A stretch of DNA of 64,000 nt from Actinomycetota bacterium (GCA_003140175.1 PLJD01000048.1:4275-68274), one strand, 5' to 3'. Counted from the stretch's first letter, positions 8,838 through 17,974 are shown. Numbers and translations are program-made. Notes: a model not told the origin generated them from the letters alone.

Positions 8838-11222
8838 TCAGTGCTTGGCCGGCGCCGCGGTCTCGCCGGGCAGGAGTCGGTAGTCGGGGTTCAGGATCAC
8901 CAGCTGGTCCCCACGGCGACCCACCATGCCGTCGACGACGAGGCGCGCTCCCGGCTCGATCCCCGCGATCTGGCGGCGGCCGAGGAACACGATGATCACC
9001 CGACCCGTCCCATCCGCCACCGTGCACTCGAGCGTGGGCTGACCAGACCAGGGCTGGACGCGCAGCGCATGCACCCGTCCGGCAATCCGGACCCGCTCGC
9101 GCTCGTGGAGCTGCCCGATCGGGACGGCACCTTCGACCGACACCCCCGCCGCCGGCGGCGCCGGACGGTCGCCACCGCGCCGGGCGCGGCGACCGCGAGC
9201 CGGCACCGGCGAGGAGATCGGTTGGGGATGGTTCTGGCCCAGGTGGAACGGGACGATGGTCACGTTCGCGTGCGGCAGGTCACTGAGCACCGCGGCCATC
9301 TGGTCGGCGGTGCGGTCGTGTAGCAGCCGGTGCCAGAAGCGGCGGTACTCCCGCCGGGGCAGCAAGACGGTGGCCTCGGTCTCCCCGTCGGCCACGGCCT
9401 CGGCGACCACGCCCAGGGCGCCGCGGCTGAGCCGACGGTCGGGGCACTCGAGGAGGTCGAGCGGGAGGCGCGACAAGCCGAGCCGACGCCAGGCCTCGGC
9501 GAGGTCCTCGGTGCGGACCGGGTCCAGATCGAAGTGCACGGCCCGCAGCTCGTCAGGCATCAGCGTCCGGGCGTACTGGATCGCCCGCGCGGCGGACAGG
9601 TCCAGGGAGTCGACGAACACGAGCACCACGTGGCGGCGCAGGATGGGCGCTTCGGCTGCTTGGGGGGCGTTCTCCTCGAGCTCCTCGGCTTCGGACTCGT
9701 ACTGCTTGTTCAGCCGCGTGAGCCCGTAGACCATGATCGGGACCAGCACGATGATCACCCACGCGCCCAGAATCGAGCCGGCCGGCTTGAACTTGGTGAC
9801 CGCGATGATGATGGCGACCGCGCCGGACAGCACGCTGCCGGTCGCGTTGATGAAGAGGCCCCGGCGCCAGCCCGGCTCTTTGTGCGTGACGTGGTGCTTG
9901 GCCATGCCTCCCTGGGACAGCGTGAACGACGTGAACACGCCGATGGCGTACAGGGGAATCAGCCGGTCGACCCGTGCGCCGGTGATGATGACCAGCACGG
10001 TCGACACGCAGGCCAGGAACAGGATGCCGTTGGAGAACACCAGCCGATGGCCGCGCTTGGTGAGCTGTCGGGGCATGAAGTTGTCGCCCGCGTGGAAGCT
10101 CGCCAGTCGCGGGAAGTCGGCGAACGAGGTGTTGGCCGCCAGGACGAGGATCAGCATGGTCCCGGCCTGGAGGCAGTAGTACAAGACGTTGCCGACTGCA
10201 CCGCCGCCGAAGACGATCTTGCCGATCTGCGAGATCACCGTCGGGGTTCCACTCGCATACGGGGCCACGTGCATGTGGGCGGTGAGAATGGAGAGCCCGA
10301 GGAACATCGCGCCGAGCGTCGTCCCCATGATCACCAGCGTCGTGCGAGCGTTCTTCCACTCCGGCACGCGGAACGCGGGGACCCCGTTCGAGATGGCCTC
10401 GACCCCGGTCACGGCCGCGCCGCCGGAGGCGAACGCACGCAGCACGATGAACACCGTGGCGCCCATGAGCAGCCCGCTCCCGCCCTTGCCGATCGGCACA
10501 AGTCCGGGATGGTGCAGCGATTCGACCGGCAGGTGTCCGAAGAGCATCTTCCCGAGCCCCATGCCGAGCAGAGCGATCATCGCGAAGATGAAGAAGTAGG
10601 TCGGGACGGCAAACATGCGGCCCGACTCGCGCACGCCCCGGAGGTTCCCGAACGCGATGAACGCGATGAAGAACACCGAGATCGGCACCGCGTACGGTGC
10701 GAGGCCAGAGACCGCGGAGATGAGCGCGGCGGTGCCGGCACTGACCGAGACGGCAACGGTCAGCACGTAGTCCGTCAACAGCGCGACCCCGGCGACCTGG
10801 GCCGGTAGGAGCCCGAAGTTGTCGCGGGTGACGATGTACGCGCCGCCGGCGCTGGGGTAGGCCTTGATCGTCTGTCGGTACGACAGGATCAAGAAGGCGA
10901 GAATCACCAACAAGACGATCGTGATCGGCAGCACCAACGCGAACGCGGCGATGCCGATGTACGGGACGAGGTGGGTGAGGATCTCCTCGGTGCCGTAAGC
11001 GACCGAGGAGAGGTTGTCCGACGCGAACACCGCCAGCGCGGTGGGCTTGCCAAGCCGCTCGTGCACCAGTTGCTCGGTGTCGAGTGGCGGTCCGAGCAGT
11101 CGGTTCTTGACCCGGTACCCGAGCGACTCGGGAACTTCGAACGGCGCGTTCTCGGGAGGCGCGGGAGGAGGCGGCGCCGGGCGGGGAGCTCCGGTGGCCG
11201 CTACGTCGAATTCCGTTGCCAT
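8838..11222 (-). CDS. APC-superfamily permease fused to a cytoplasmic alpha/beta domain and a C-terminal OB-fold domain
   Basis: Start is probably ATG 11222 (MATEFDV); the longest ORF runs to 11495. About 12 TM helices (SDNLSSVAYGTEEIL, GGAYIV), then VVLVFVDSLDLSAARAIQYA...VTIVPFH, a Pro/Arg linker and the OB-like VRIAGRVHALRVQPWSGQPTLECTVADGTGRVIIVFLGRR...VILNPDY. Confidence 0.8.
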   Translation of the reverse strand: MATEFDVAATGAPRPAPPPPAPPENAPFEVPESLGYRVKNRLLGPPLDTEQLVHERLGKPTALAVFASDNLSSVAYGTEEILTHLVPYIGIAAFALVLPITIVLLVILAFLILSYRQTIKAYPSAGGAYIVTRDNFGLLPAQVAGVALLTDYVLTVAVSVSAGTAALISAVSGLAPYAVPISVFFIAFIAFGNLRGVRESGRMFAVPTYFFIFAMIALLGMGLGKMLFGHLPVESLHHPGLVPIGKGGSGLLMGATVFIVLRAFASGGAAVTGVEAISNGVPAFRVPEWKNARTTLVIMGTTLGAMFLGLSILTAHMHVAPYASGTPTVISQIGKIVFGGGAVGNVLYYCLQAGTMLILVLAANTSFADFPRLASFHAGDNFMPRQLTKRGHRLVFSNGILFLACVSTVLVIITGARVDRLIPLYAIGVFTSFTLSQGGMAKHHVTHKEPGWRRGLFINATGSVLSGAVAIIIAVTKFKPAGSILGAWVIIVLVPIMVYGLTRLNKQYESEAEELEENAPQAAEAPILRRHVVLVFVDSLDLSAARAIQYARTLMPDELRAVHFDLDPVRTEDLAEAWRRLGLSRLPLDLLECPDRRLSRGALGVVAEAVADGETEATVLLPRREYRRFWHRLLHDRTADQMAAVLSDLPHANVTIVPFHLGQNHPQPISSPVPARGRRARRGGDRPAPPAAGVSVEGAVPIGQLHERERVRIAGRVHALRVQPWSGQPTLECTVADGTGRVIIVFLGRRQIAGIEPGARLVVDGMVGRRGDQLVILNPDYRLLPGETAAPAKH

Positions 11223-11321
11223 CGGTCCTCGAATTCGTCGTCCGCGTCGACGGAGATGTGCAGTCTGACACGCGCGGGATCCGACATGTGTCTGACCGCT
11301 CGCGTGTGACAGGATCTGCGG

Positions 11322-11987
11322 ATGCACGTGATCGTGGTCGGCTGTGGACGCGTCGGGTCGGGCCTGGCCGTCGCGCTCGAACGAGATGGTCACAACGTTG
11401 CAATCATCGACAAGAACACGGACGCGTTCCGCAAGTACCTCCCCGCGGACTGGAACGGTCGAAGGGTCCACGGCTTCGGCTTCGACCGAGACCACCTCGA
11501 GCAGGCCGGGATCCAGGAGGCCGGCGCGCTGGCCGCGGTGACGAGTGGGGACAACTCGAACATCCTGGCGGCTCGGATCGCCCGGGAGACCTACGAGATC
11601 CCGAAGGTCGTCGCCCGGATCTACGACCCGCGCCGAGCCATCATCTACCAGCGCCTCGGGATCCCCACCGTGGCGACCGTCACCTGGACGACGGATCAGG
11701 TGATGCGCCGCCTGTTCGAGGACTCCGCGAGCACCGAGTGGGCGGAGCCCACCGGTCAGGTCGTCCTCGTCGAGCGTGGCCTTCCGCCGTCGTGGGCCGG
11801 ACGGCGCCTGAGCAGCCTCTCGAACGGCGCGACCTTCCGGCTCGTCGCGCTGACGAGGGCCGGGCAGGCCCAGCTTCCAACCGACGACCTAGTCGGCCAA
11901 GAGGGCGACATCGTGCACCTCGCCGTGCGCAAGGACTCCCTCGACGGGCTCGCCGACGCAATCTCGACCCCCCACAGCGGGAGCTGA
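11322..11987 (+). CDS. trkA: TrkA-family K+ transport regulatory protein (RCK N+C), first of a pair
   Basis: 221 aa. MHVIVVGCGRVGSGLA NAD-binding loop. Divergent from the permease, as in the mycobacterial ceoB/ceoC arrangement. Confidence 0.88.
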   Translation: MHVIVVGCGRVGSGLAVALERDGHNVAIIDKNTDAFRKYLPADWNGRRVHGFGFDRDHLEQAGIQEAGALAAVTSGDNSNILAARIARETYEIPKVVARIYDPRRAIIYQRLGIPTVATVTWTTDQVMRRLFEDSASTEWAEPTGQVVLVERGLPPSWAGRRLSSLSNGATFRLVALTRAGQAQLPTDDLVGQEGDIVHLAVRKDSLDGLADAISTPHSGS

Positions 11988-11988
11988 C

Positions 11989-12651
11989 GTGAAGGTGACG
12001 ATCGCCGGTGCCGGCAACGTGGGGACCTACATCGCGGCCGATCTGCGCGAGGCGGGCCACGACGTCTTGGTCATCGATCGTAACCCGGCCGTCGTCGCGC
12101 GAGTCAAAGAGACGCTGGACCTGACCTGGTTCGTCGGCGACGCCTGCGAAGTGAGCTCGCTGCACGCCGCTGGCATCGAGGGCAGCGAGGTCCTCGTCGC
12201 TGCCACGGGCGGCGACGAAGACAACCTCGTCATCTCGCTGCTCGGCAAGCAGGAGTTCGCCATCCCGCGGGTCGTGGCGCGCGTGAACCATCCCAAGAAC
12301 CAGTGGCTCTTCAACGAAACCTGGGGCGTCGACGTCTCGGTCTCCACACCGCATCTCCTGAGCGCGCTGGTCGAGGAAGCGGTCTCGGTCGGCTCGATGG
12401 TCCGGTTGCTGCAGTTCGAGGGCGGCCAGGCCCGGCTCGCCGAAGTCACGCTCGCCACGGACTCACCGGCCGCAGGATTGAGCGTCGCCGATCTCGCCGT
12501 GCCGCGGGACGCCAGCGTCGTCGCGGTGTTGCGCGACTCCCACGTCGTCGTACCGCGAGGCGACACGGTGTTGAACGCGGGCGACGAGGTGATGGTCCTC
12601 GTAACGCCCGATTCCGAGGACCCCGTCAAAGCGATCCTGACCGGGCGCTGA
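11989..12651 (+). CDS. trkA: TrkA-family K+ transport regulatory protein, second of the pair
   Basis: 220 aa. GTG start 1 nt after the previous stop. VTIAGAGNVGTYIA loop and a C-terminal TrkA_C-like domain. Confidence 0.88.
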   Translation: MKVTIAGAGNVGTYIAADLREAGHDVLVIDRNPAVVARVKETLDLTWFVGDACEVSSLHAAGIEGSEVLVAATGGDEDNLVISLLGKQEFAIPRVVARVNHPKNQWLFNETWGVDVSVSTPHLLSALVEEAVSVGSMVRLLQFEGGQARLAEVTLATDSPAAGLSVADLAVPRDASVVAVLRDSHVVVPRGDTVLNAGDEVMVLVTPDSEDPVKAILTGR

Positions 12652-12668
12652 GGGCAGGCCGTCGAGCC

Positions 12669-13439
12669 GTGCCGGAAAACGAGCGTGACGACGGGCCGAG
12701 CGGTCGCCGCTTGCAGCTGGAGGGGCTTGTCATCGCCGCCGTCGCCCCGGTGGCGATCGCGCTCGTGCTCTTGCCGTTCCGAAGCGACATCCGAACGGAC
12801 AACGTCTCGCTCGTGCTCGTCCTTGCCGTGCTCATCGGGGCGATGGCCCACGAGCGCCTCGGGGGGGCGGTCGCCGCCGTGCTCGCCGCGGTGTCGTTCG
12901 ATTTCTTGTTCACCCGCCCCTACTACTCGTTCACCATCAGCAGCGGCGACGACCTCCAGACCTTCGTGCTGCTGCTCGCCGTGGGGCTCGTAGCCGGCGA
13001 GCTCGTGGTGCGTAGTCGCCGCAGCTACGCCGTTGCCCGACACAGCCGCCGCGAAGCGGAGCAGCTGCGTCACATGGCCGAGCTGGCAGCCGGCGGAGAG
13101 TCGCCGGGCCGTCTGATCCTCGTCGTCCAAAACGAGCTCACGCGGATCCTGGACCTCAAGAGCTGCCGGTTCGAGCGGCCGCCGTTCCAGACCTCGTTGC
13201 CCCAGCTCCGCCACCGCGGCGTTCGTCTCGCCGCCGGCGACGACGACGAATCGGGCCTGCACAGCCAGCTGGAGCTCCCGGTGCGCGCCAACGGCAAGCT
13301 CATCGGCCGGTTCGTGCTCACCATGCCCGTCGAGGGCAGCGGGATCGCGCTGCCGGCGTCGGACCGGGCCTTGGCCGTGGCTCTCGCCGACCAGCTCGGA
13401 GCGGCGCTGGCGGGCCCCCCGCCACCCGCGGCACCGTGA
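12669..13439 (+). CDS. DUF4118 (KdpD-type membrane module) plus GAF-like domain protein, no kinase domains
   Basis: GTG 12669 is the first start after trkA. The supplied ORF from 12303 overlaps trkA out of frame. TM helices (VIAAVAPVAIALVLLPF, LVLVLAVLIGAM, AVAAVLAAVSFDFLFTRPYYSF, FVLLLAVGLVAGEL), then a GAF-like tail (LILVVQNELTRILDLKSCRFE...GKLIGRFVL). Confidence 0.6.
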   Translation: MPENERDDGPSGRRLQLEGLVIAAVAPVAIALVLLPFRSDIRTDNVSLVLVLAVLIGAMAHERLGGAVAAVLAAVSFDFLFTRPYYSFTISSGDDLQTFVLLLAVGLVAGELVVRSRRSYAVARHSRREAEQLRHMAELAAGGESPGRLILVVQNELTRILDLKSCRFERPPFQTSLPQLRHRGVRLAAGDDDESGLHSQLELPVRANGKLIGRFVLTMPVEGSGIALPASDRALAVALADQLGAALAGPPPPAAP

Positions 13440-13478
13440 CCACCGCGTCAGAAACCCGTCACGTTTCTGTCGCGGTGG
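13440..13478 (+). terminator. Perfect compound stem-loop immediately after the DUF4118 stop
   Basis: CCACCGCG-T-CAGAAAC-(ccgtcac)-GTTTCTG-T-CGCGGTGG gives 8+7 bp of perfect pairing. No U tract follows, so it may be a terminator, an RNA-stability element or a palindromic operator. Confidence 0.45.
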
Positions 13479-13630
13479 CGTAACGCTCCCGCTCTCCCCC
13501 AGCAACGGCCCTCACGGACGCTTGGCCCTGTCGTTCCGCAACGGGGCCGAGCGACAGTTGCACCGGCGAGCGAGCGCTGCACGCGTTCACGACCAGCAGG
13601 AGCGTCGCTTCTGCGGGAGAGGAAGATTCC

Positions 13631-15202
13631 ATGGCGGAGACCGCCGCGCCAAACAGCGGCGAGATGAAGCGGAGCCTGACGCTGACCGGCGTCACGGTGA
13701 ACGCGATGGCGCTGATCGCGCCGGGTGCGTTCCTGTGGACGACGTTCGAAGCCCAGGCTGCGTTGAACAAGGGTGGGGTGTCCACGGCGCCAGACATGTG
13801 GACCGGCCTGCTCTTCTCACTCATCCTCGCGTTGCTGACGGCCTACAGCTATAGCGAGCTGGCGCGCATCTACCCAGACGCGGGTACCGGGTCCAGCTAC
13901 TACTTCGCCGAGGCGGCCTTGCTCGACAAAGCAAGCCCTGCGCACCGGCGATGGGCCCGGTTCTCGAAGTTGTCCGTCGGGTGGATCAGCCATCTCTATT
14001 ACTGGATCTATCCAGGGATCATGGTGGCATTCACCGCGACGCTCTTCGGGTACATCTGGAGCGCGATGTTCGGCAGCACGCTGTCGTATCTCGCACTCGG
14101 AGCGATAGCCGTGGTGTTCGCGTTCGCCACCGGGTATATCGCCTTCCGGGGCATCTCGGGCTCGACGATGGTGTCGATCTTGATCCTGGTGATCCAGATC
14201 GTCTCGCTGATCAGCATCAGCGTGCTGTTCATCGTGTACCGGCTCGGACATCCACACGCCGGGTACGAGATCACGGGCTTCCAACACGTGTTGATACCGC
14301 ACGCCTTTATCGACACGCTGTACCAGTCGACGATCGCGATCCTGCTCCTGGTGGGATTCGAATCGGTGACTGCGCTCGGAGCTGAGGCCCTTCACCCGGA
14401 GAAGGACATCAAACGAGCGGTGATGATCAGCCTGATCATCCAGGGCGGCTTCTGCTACCTGTTCCAGTACTTCGCGGCGAACTTTGTCGCTGGCAAGACG
14501 ACCCTGCCGTTGGAAACGGTCAACGGGGTGAAAGTCGCTGGCTACGCACGTGCTGCGGTGGACCCCGCCCCGATTGGGACCATGCTCAAGACGATCGGTG
14601 ACCAGTCGCTCAGCCATTCCGGCACGTCGGTGTCGGTGGTGGTCGCGATCACCGTGCTGATAGCGCTCATCGGAACGACGCTGGCCTGCCTCAACACCGG
14701 GGTTCGCGTCACGTACTCGATGGCGAAGGACAAGGAGATGCCGGGAATTCTCGGTCTGCTCCACGGGAGGTTCGCCACGCCGCACGCTGGGATCTGGATC
14801 CTCGTGGGGATCTCCGCAGCGCTGGGCGTGTTCGGTGCCAACCCGCACCAGGTTGACAACCTGACGCAGATCACGTTGGCGTCGAACACGGGGACCTTCC
14901 TCGTGTACGGGTTCACCTGTGTGATCGCCATCGTGGCGTTCGCCAGCCGGCACGATAAGCATCCCGTCAAGCACTACTTGGTCCCGGGGGTTGGCGCGTT
15001 GATGAACATCGCCGAGTTGCTCGGCGTCATCTACATCGCCATCACCGGATCGGGAACGACGCCCGGCGACGCTTACAAGGCGCTCGGAGTCGTCATCCTG
15101 TGGTGCATCATTGGGGCTGTCTGGGTGGTGTCTAACCCGAACATGCGGGGCACGAAGGTGTTCCACGACCCGGGTAAGCGGGAGCCCGTGAGCGCAGCGT
15201 AG
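13631..15202 (+). CDS. APC-family amino acid / polyamine-type permease (compositionally atypical)
   Basis: 523 aa and about 12 TM helices (LTGVTVNAMALIAPGAFLW..., GFESVTALGAEALHPEKDIKRAV). RBS GGGAGAGGAAG upstream. Two 60-nt lines counted by hand gave about 53% GC, against about 75% in flanking genes. Confidence 0.85.
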   Translation: MAETAAPNSGEMKRSLTLTGVTVNAMALIAPGAFLWTTFEAQAALNKGGVSTAPDMWTGLLFSLILALLTAYSYSELARIYPDAGTGSSYYFAEAALLDKASPAHRRWARFSKLSVGWISHLYYWIYPGIMVAFTATLFGYIWSAMFGSTLSYLALGAIAVVFAFATGYIAFRGISGSTMVSILILVIQIVSLISISVLFIVYRLGHPHAGYEITGFQHVLIPHAFIDTLYQSTIAILLLVGFESVTALGAEALHPEKDIKRAVMISLIIQGGFCYLFQYFAANFVAGKTTLPLETVNGVKVAGYARAAVDPAPIGTMLKTIGDQSLSHSGTSVSVVVAITVLIALIGTTLACLNTGVRVTYSMAKDKEMPGILGLLHGRFATPHAGIWILVGISAALGVFGANPHQVDNLTQITLASNTGTFLVYGFTCVIAIVAFASRHDKHPVKHYLVPGVGALMNIAELLGVIYIAITGSGTTPGDAYKALGVVILWCIIGAVWVVSNPNMRGTKVFHDPGKREPVSAA

Positions 15203-15237
15203 GGACCTCGCTGCAAGGTTGAGAATCCAACGGTTAT

Positions 15238-15269
15238 GGGGAGAGCCGGGCTAAGGCCCGGCTCTCCCC
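15238..15269 (+). terminator. Perfect 14-bp hairpin 36 nt after the permease stop
   Basis: GGGGAGAGCCGGGC-taag-GCCCGGCTCTCCCC, followed by gtctc. This is a strong stem with a GNRA-like tetraloop and a weak U tract. Confidence 0.6.
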
Positions 15270-15415
15270 GTCTCGACCGAGGACGATCAAGACACTCAGG
15301 CCCAGTGGGTCGCCAGTCCCGGTTCCGAACGTTTTGGCTCGGGACGCAGCGACCGTAACGACTTCGGGTCCGCCGACACTGCAAGCCGAGGGGTGAAAGA
15401 CCGGAAGGTGATGCT

Positions 15416-15796
15416 GTGACGCTGGTCGTGTTCCTGCTCCTGCTCCCGGCGGTGATCGTCGTCACTGCCACGTGGGCTTGGCGCTATCAGCTGCGGGTGC
15501 TCTCCCTCCTACAACGCGCCGACCACCGCTTCGACACCTACCCCAAGGTCCGCCTCGCCGGCGTCGCCATCACCGACCACGACCGCGTCGCGTTGGAGGT
15601 CGAACACCCGGGTGCGTCGGGACTCGAGCAATTCGCGGTGGCGCTCGACGTTCCATCCGTCGCGCTCTCCACCCTGCAGGCGTGGCACGATGGCCGGGCC
15701 CCGCTCATTCTGATCGTCCCGGCGGGACGCAACATCGTTCGCTTTCGCTGCGAAGATCCGCCCGAGACCCTGACGCTTCGCCGGGTTGCCAGTTAG
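15416..15796 (+). CDS. Hypothetical protein with N-terminal TM anchor
   Basis: GTG start, 126 aa. Signal-anchor LVVFLLLLPAVIVVTATWAW. No family recognised. The coding call rests on ORF length and codon bias only. Confidence 0.4.
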   Translation: MTLVVFLLLLPAVIVVTATWAWRYQLRVLSLLQRADHRFDTYPKVRLAGVAITDHDRVALEVEHPGASGLEQFAVALDVPSVALSTLQAWHDGRAPLILIVPAGRNIVRFRCEDPPETLTLRRVAS

Positions 15797-16071
15797 GCGG
15801 AGGGATCTCGCCGGGCGGCCGCCGTGATCGCCCCGCGGAGCCAGAACAGCCCGATGCCGATGAAGACGACTCCCGGAATGAGCTTCCAGCTGGCACTGAG
15901 CGCGACCAACGCGTAGACGCCGCAGAGCACCCAGACGAGACCGACGGCGAACAAGAAGCCAGGCGCGGTGGGCCGCTTGCCGACCTGGCCGGGCCCGTCG
16001 CCACGCCGCGGCTTCGACGGTTGCCGCGGGTTCGACGGTTGTTTGCGCCGCGGCTTGCGGGAACTGGGCAT
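15793..16071 (-). CDS. Small hypothetical membrane protein (basic Pro-rich N-terminus, 2 TM)
   Basis: 92 aa. PSSRKPRRKQPSNPRQPSKPRR, then two hydrophobic helices (GFLFAVGLVWVLCGVYALVAL, LIPGVVFIGIGLFWL). Divergent from the PP2C gene. Confidence 0.45.
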   Translation of the reverse strand: MPSSRKPRRKQPSNPRQPSKPRRGDGPGQVGKRPTAPGFLFAVGLVWVLCGVYALVALSASWKLIPGVVFIGIGLFWLRGAITAAARRDPSA

Positions 16072-16111
16072 GATAGGAGCCTAGCGGTTCACTGCGACCG
16101 CGTTCTTCTCG

Positions 16112-16987
16112 ATGAGCCCCACCGACGACACCGCGCGCGACGACCCCGGGAACGGGCCGCTGGCCGAACACGGCGTCCTCGCGAAACTTTCGTGGGCCTT
16201 ACGCTCCGACACCGGCGGCGTGCGTGACTCAAACGAGGACTTCGCGGGCGCGTTCACGCTGACCACACCCGAGGATTCGTGGGACCGGGGACCGTTGTTC
16301 GTGGTGGCCGACGGCATGGGGGGCCACGCGGCGGGCGAGATCGCGAGTCGTGTCGCGGTGGACGCGGCGCTCGACGCGTGGTCCGGGGGCTCTCCCGGCG
16401 CGCCTCCGCAGGCCCTGCGCGCCGCGTTGCGGCGCGCGAACGTGGCGGTGTACGACGCCGCCACCGTCCCCGGCCGGAGCGGCATGGGCACCACCATCGT
16501 CGGCGCCACGCTGGCCGGACACGAAGCGATCGTCGGCCACGTCGGTGACAGCCGGGCCTACCTGGTCCACGGCGACGACTGCGTCCAGTTGACGGCTGAC
16601 CACTCCCGAGTGGGCGAGATGGTGCGGATGCGGATGCTCTCGCCCGAGGAGGCCGCGGTCCACCCTGCCCGCTCGCAGCTGACGCGCAGCCTCGGCGCCG
16701 AGGCGGGGATCCAGATCGACTTGACGCGCCACACCGTCGACGCGGGCGACAGCCTCGTGCTGTGCACCGACGGGCTCTGGGACCTGGTGTCTCGGCTCGA
16801 GATGGCCGAGGCCCTGCGGGGGGCCGCAGCGGGTGGAGCCTCATTGGAGCTCGTCGATTCCCTCGTAGAGCTCGCGTTGAAGCGCGGGGCGCCCGATAAC
16901 GTCACCGCCGTCGTCATCACCGTGACATCTGCGTTGCCGATCACCGCCGCCTCTGGTCGGCGACTCTTCCGACGAGGCCGGGACTGA
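16112..16987 (+). CDS. PP2C-family Ser/Thr protein phosphatase
   Basis: 291 aa. RDSNEDF, FVVADGMGGHAAGEIAS, GTTIVGA, VGDSRAYL, LTRSLG, LVLCTDGLWD and DNVTAVVI are canonical PPM motifs. Confidence 0.9.
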   Translation: MSPTDDTARDDPGNGPLAEHGVLAKLSWALRSDTGGVRDSNEDFAGAFTLTTPEDSWDRGPLFVVADGMGGHAAGEIASRVAVDAALDAWSGGSPGAPPQALRAALRRANVAVYDAATVPGRSGMGTTIVGATLAGHEAIVGHVGDSRAYLVHGDDCVQLTADHSRVGEMVRMRMLSPEEAAVHPARSQLTRSLGAEAGIQIDLTRHTVDAGDSLVLCTDGLWDLVSRLEMAEALRGAAAGGASLELVDSLVELALKRGAPDNVTAVVITVTSALPITAASGRRLFRRGRD

Positions 16988-17974
16988 ATGCGGTTTGCAC
17001 CAGGAAGTCACGTCGATGAGTTCGAGATCGTGGAGGAGCTCGGCGAGGGGGCGTACGCCGAGACCTACAAGGCCCGCGATACTGACACTGACCGCGTCGT
17101 CGTCCTGAAGATGATCAATCCGCAGCTGTTCGCGGACCCGCACAACTTCGCCCGCTTCCGCCGCGAGGCCAAGATCGTGGCCAAGCTCGACCATCCGAAC
17201 GTCCTGAAGAGCCTCGACGACGAGCGGAACCGGACCGAGCCCTATCTCGTGCTCGAATACATCGACGGCGACAACCTGCGTCGTTACGCAAACACGCTCG
17301 GTGGCCCCGTGCCGCTGCAGACCGCGTTGGACTGGGGGCGCCAGCTCGCCGACGCGCTCGTGTACCTGCACTCGCACGGGATCGTGCACCGTGACCTCAA
17401 GCCCGAGAACGTGCTGATCACCGCGGACGGCACGTTGCGACTCATGGACTTCGGGACCGCACTGCTCGACGGGGCGAAGCGCCTCACGTGGCGCCACTTC
17501 AGCGAGAGCCTCGGGACGCCCGACTACATGAGCCCCGAGCAGATCAAGGGCAACCGGGGTGACGCCCGCAGCGACATCTACGCTTGGGGTGTGCTGATGT
17601 ACGAGGTCTTGACGGGACGGGTGCCGTTTGGGGGCGACAACTGGATGGCCACCATGGCGGCGCACCTCCAAGTCGACCCGAAGCCGGTGCGAACCTACCG
17701 CAAGGAGGTGTCGCCCCAGCTCGACGCGGTGGTGCTGAAGGCCATGCGCCGCTACCCCGAGCATCGCTACCAGAGCGCCGAGGAGCTGCTCCGGGACCTC
17801 GAGCATCTCGACGAGCTCGATCCGGCGAGCTTTGATCTCTCACCCGAGCCTCCGATGGGCGGTATGGCCGCGATCGATTCCGCGAAGCGCCTGTGGGCAT
17901 TCGTCGGGCTCGTCGCGGTGAGCTTCATCGGGATCGTGGCCATCATCATCACCTTGTCGGTCGTGCTGCGATGA
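16988..17974 (+). CDS. Tail-anchored Hanks-type Ser/Thr protein kinase
   Basis: The ATG abuts the PP2C TGA. LGEGAYAETY, VVLKMI, HRDLKPENVLI, DFG and GTPDYMSPE motifs. A single C-terminal TM (LWAFVGLVAVSFIGIVAIIITLSVVL) ends 1 residue before the stop, so there is no extracellular sensor. Confidence 0.9.
   Translation: MRFAPGSHVDEFEIVEELGEGAYAETYKARDTDTDRVVVLKMINPQLFADPHNFARFRREAKIVAKLDHPNVLKSLDDERNRTEPYLVLEYIDGDNLRRYANTLGGPVPLQTALDWGRQLADALVYLHSHGIVHRDLKPENVLITADGTLRLMDFGTALLDGAKRLTWRHFSESLGTPDYMSPEQIKGNRGDARSDIYAWGVLMYEVLTGRVPFGGDNWMATMAAHLQVDPKPVRTYRKEVSPQLDAVVLKAMRRYPEHRYQSAEELLRDLEHLDELDPASFDLSPEPPMGGMAAIDSAKRLWAFVGLVAVSFIGIVAIIITLSVVLR

Noticed and set aside
11223-11321. Possible c-di-AMP (ydaO-type) riboswitch or K+-responsive leader between the permease and trkA.
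   Set aside because: The spacer is only 99 nt and is shared by two divergent promoters. I saw only imperfect ATGTG...TCTGAC repeats and nothing resembling the large pseudo-symmetric ydaO fold.
13479-13630. 152-nt leader of the low-GC permease as a riboswitch candidate (glycine, lysine or other amino acid).
   Set aside because: I could not recognise a consensus core by eye. It would need a covariance-model scan (Rfam/Infernal) before any claim.
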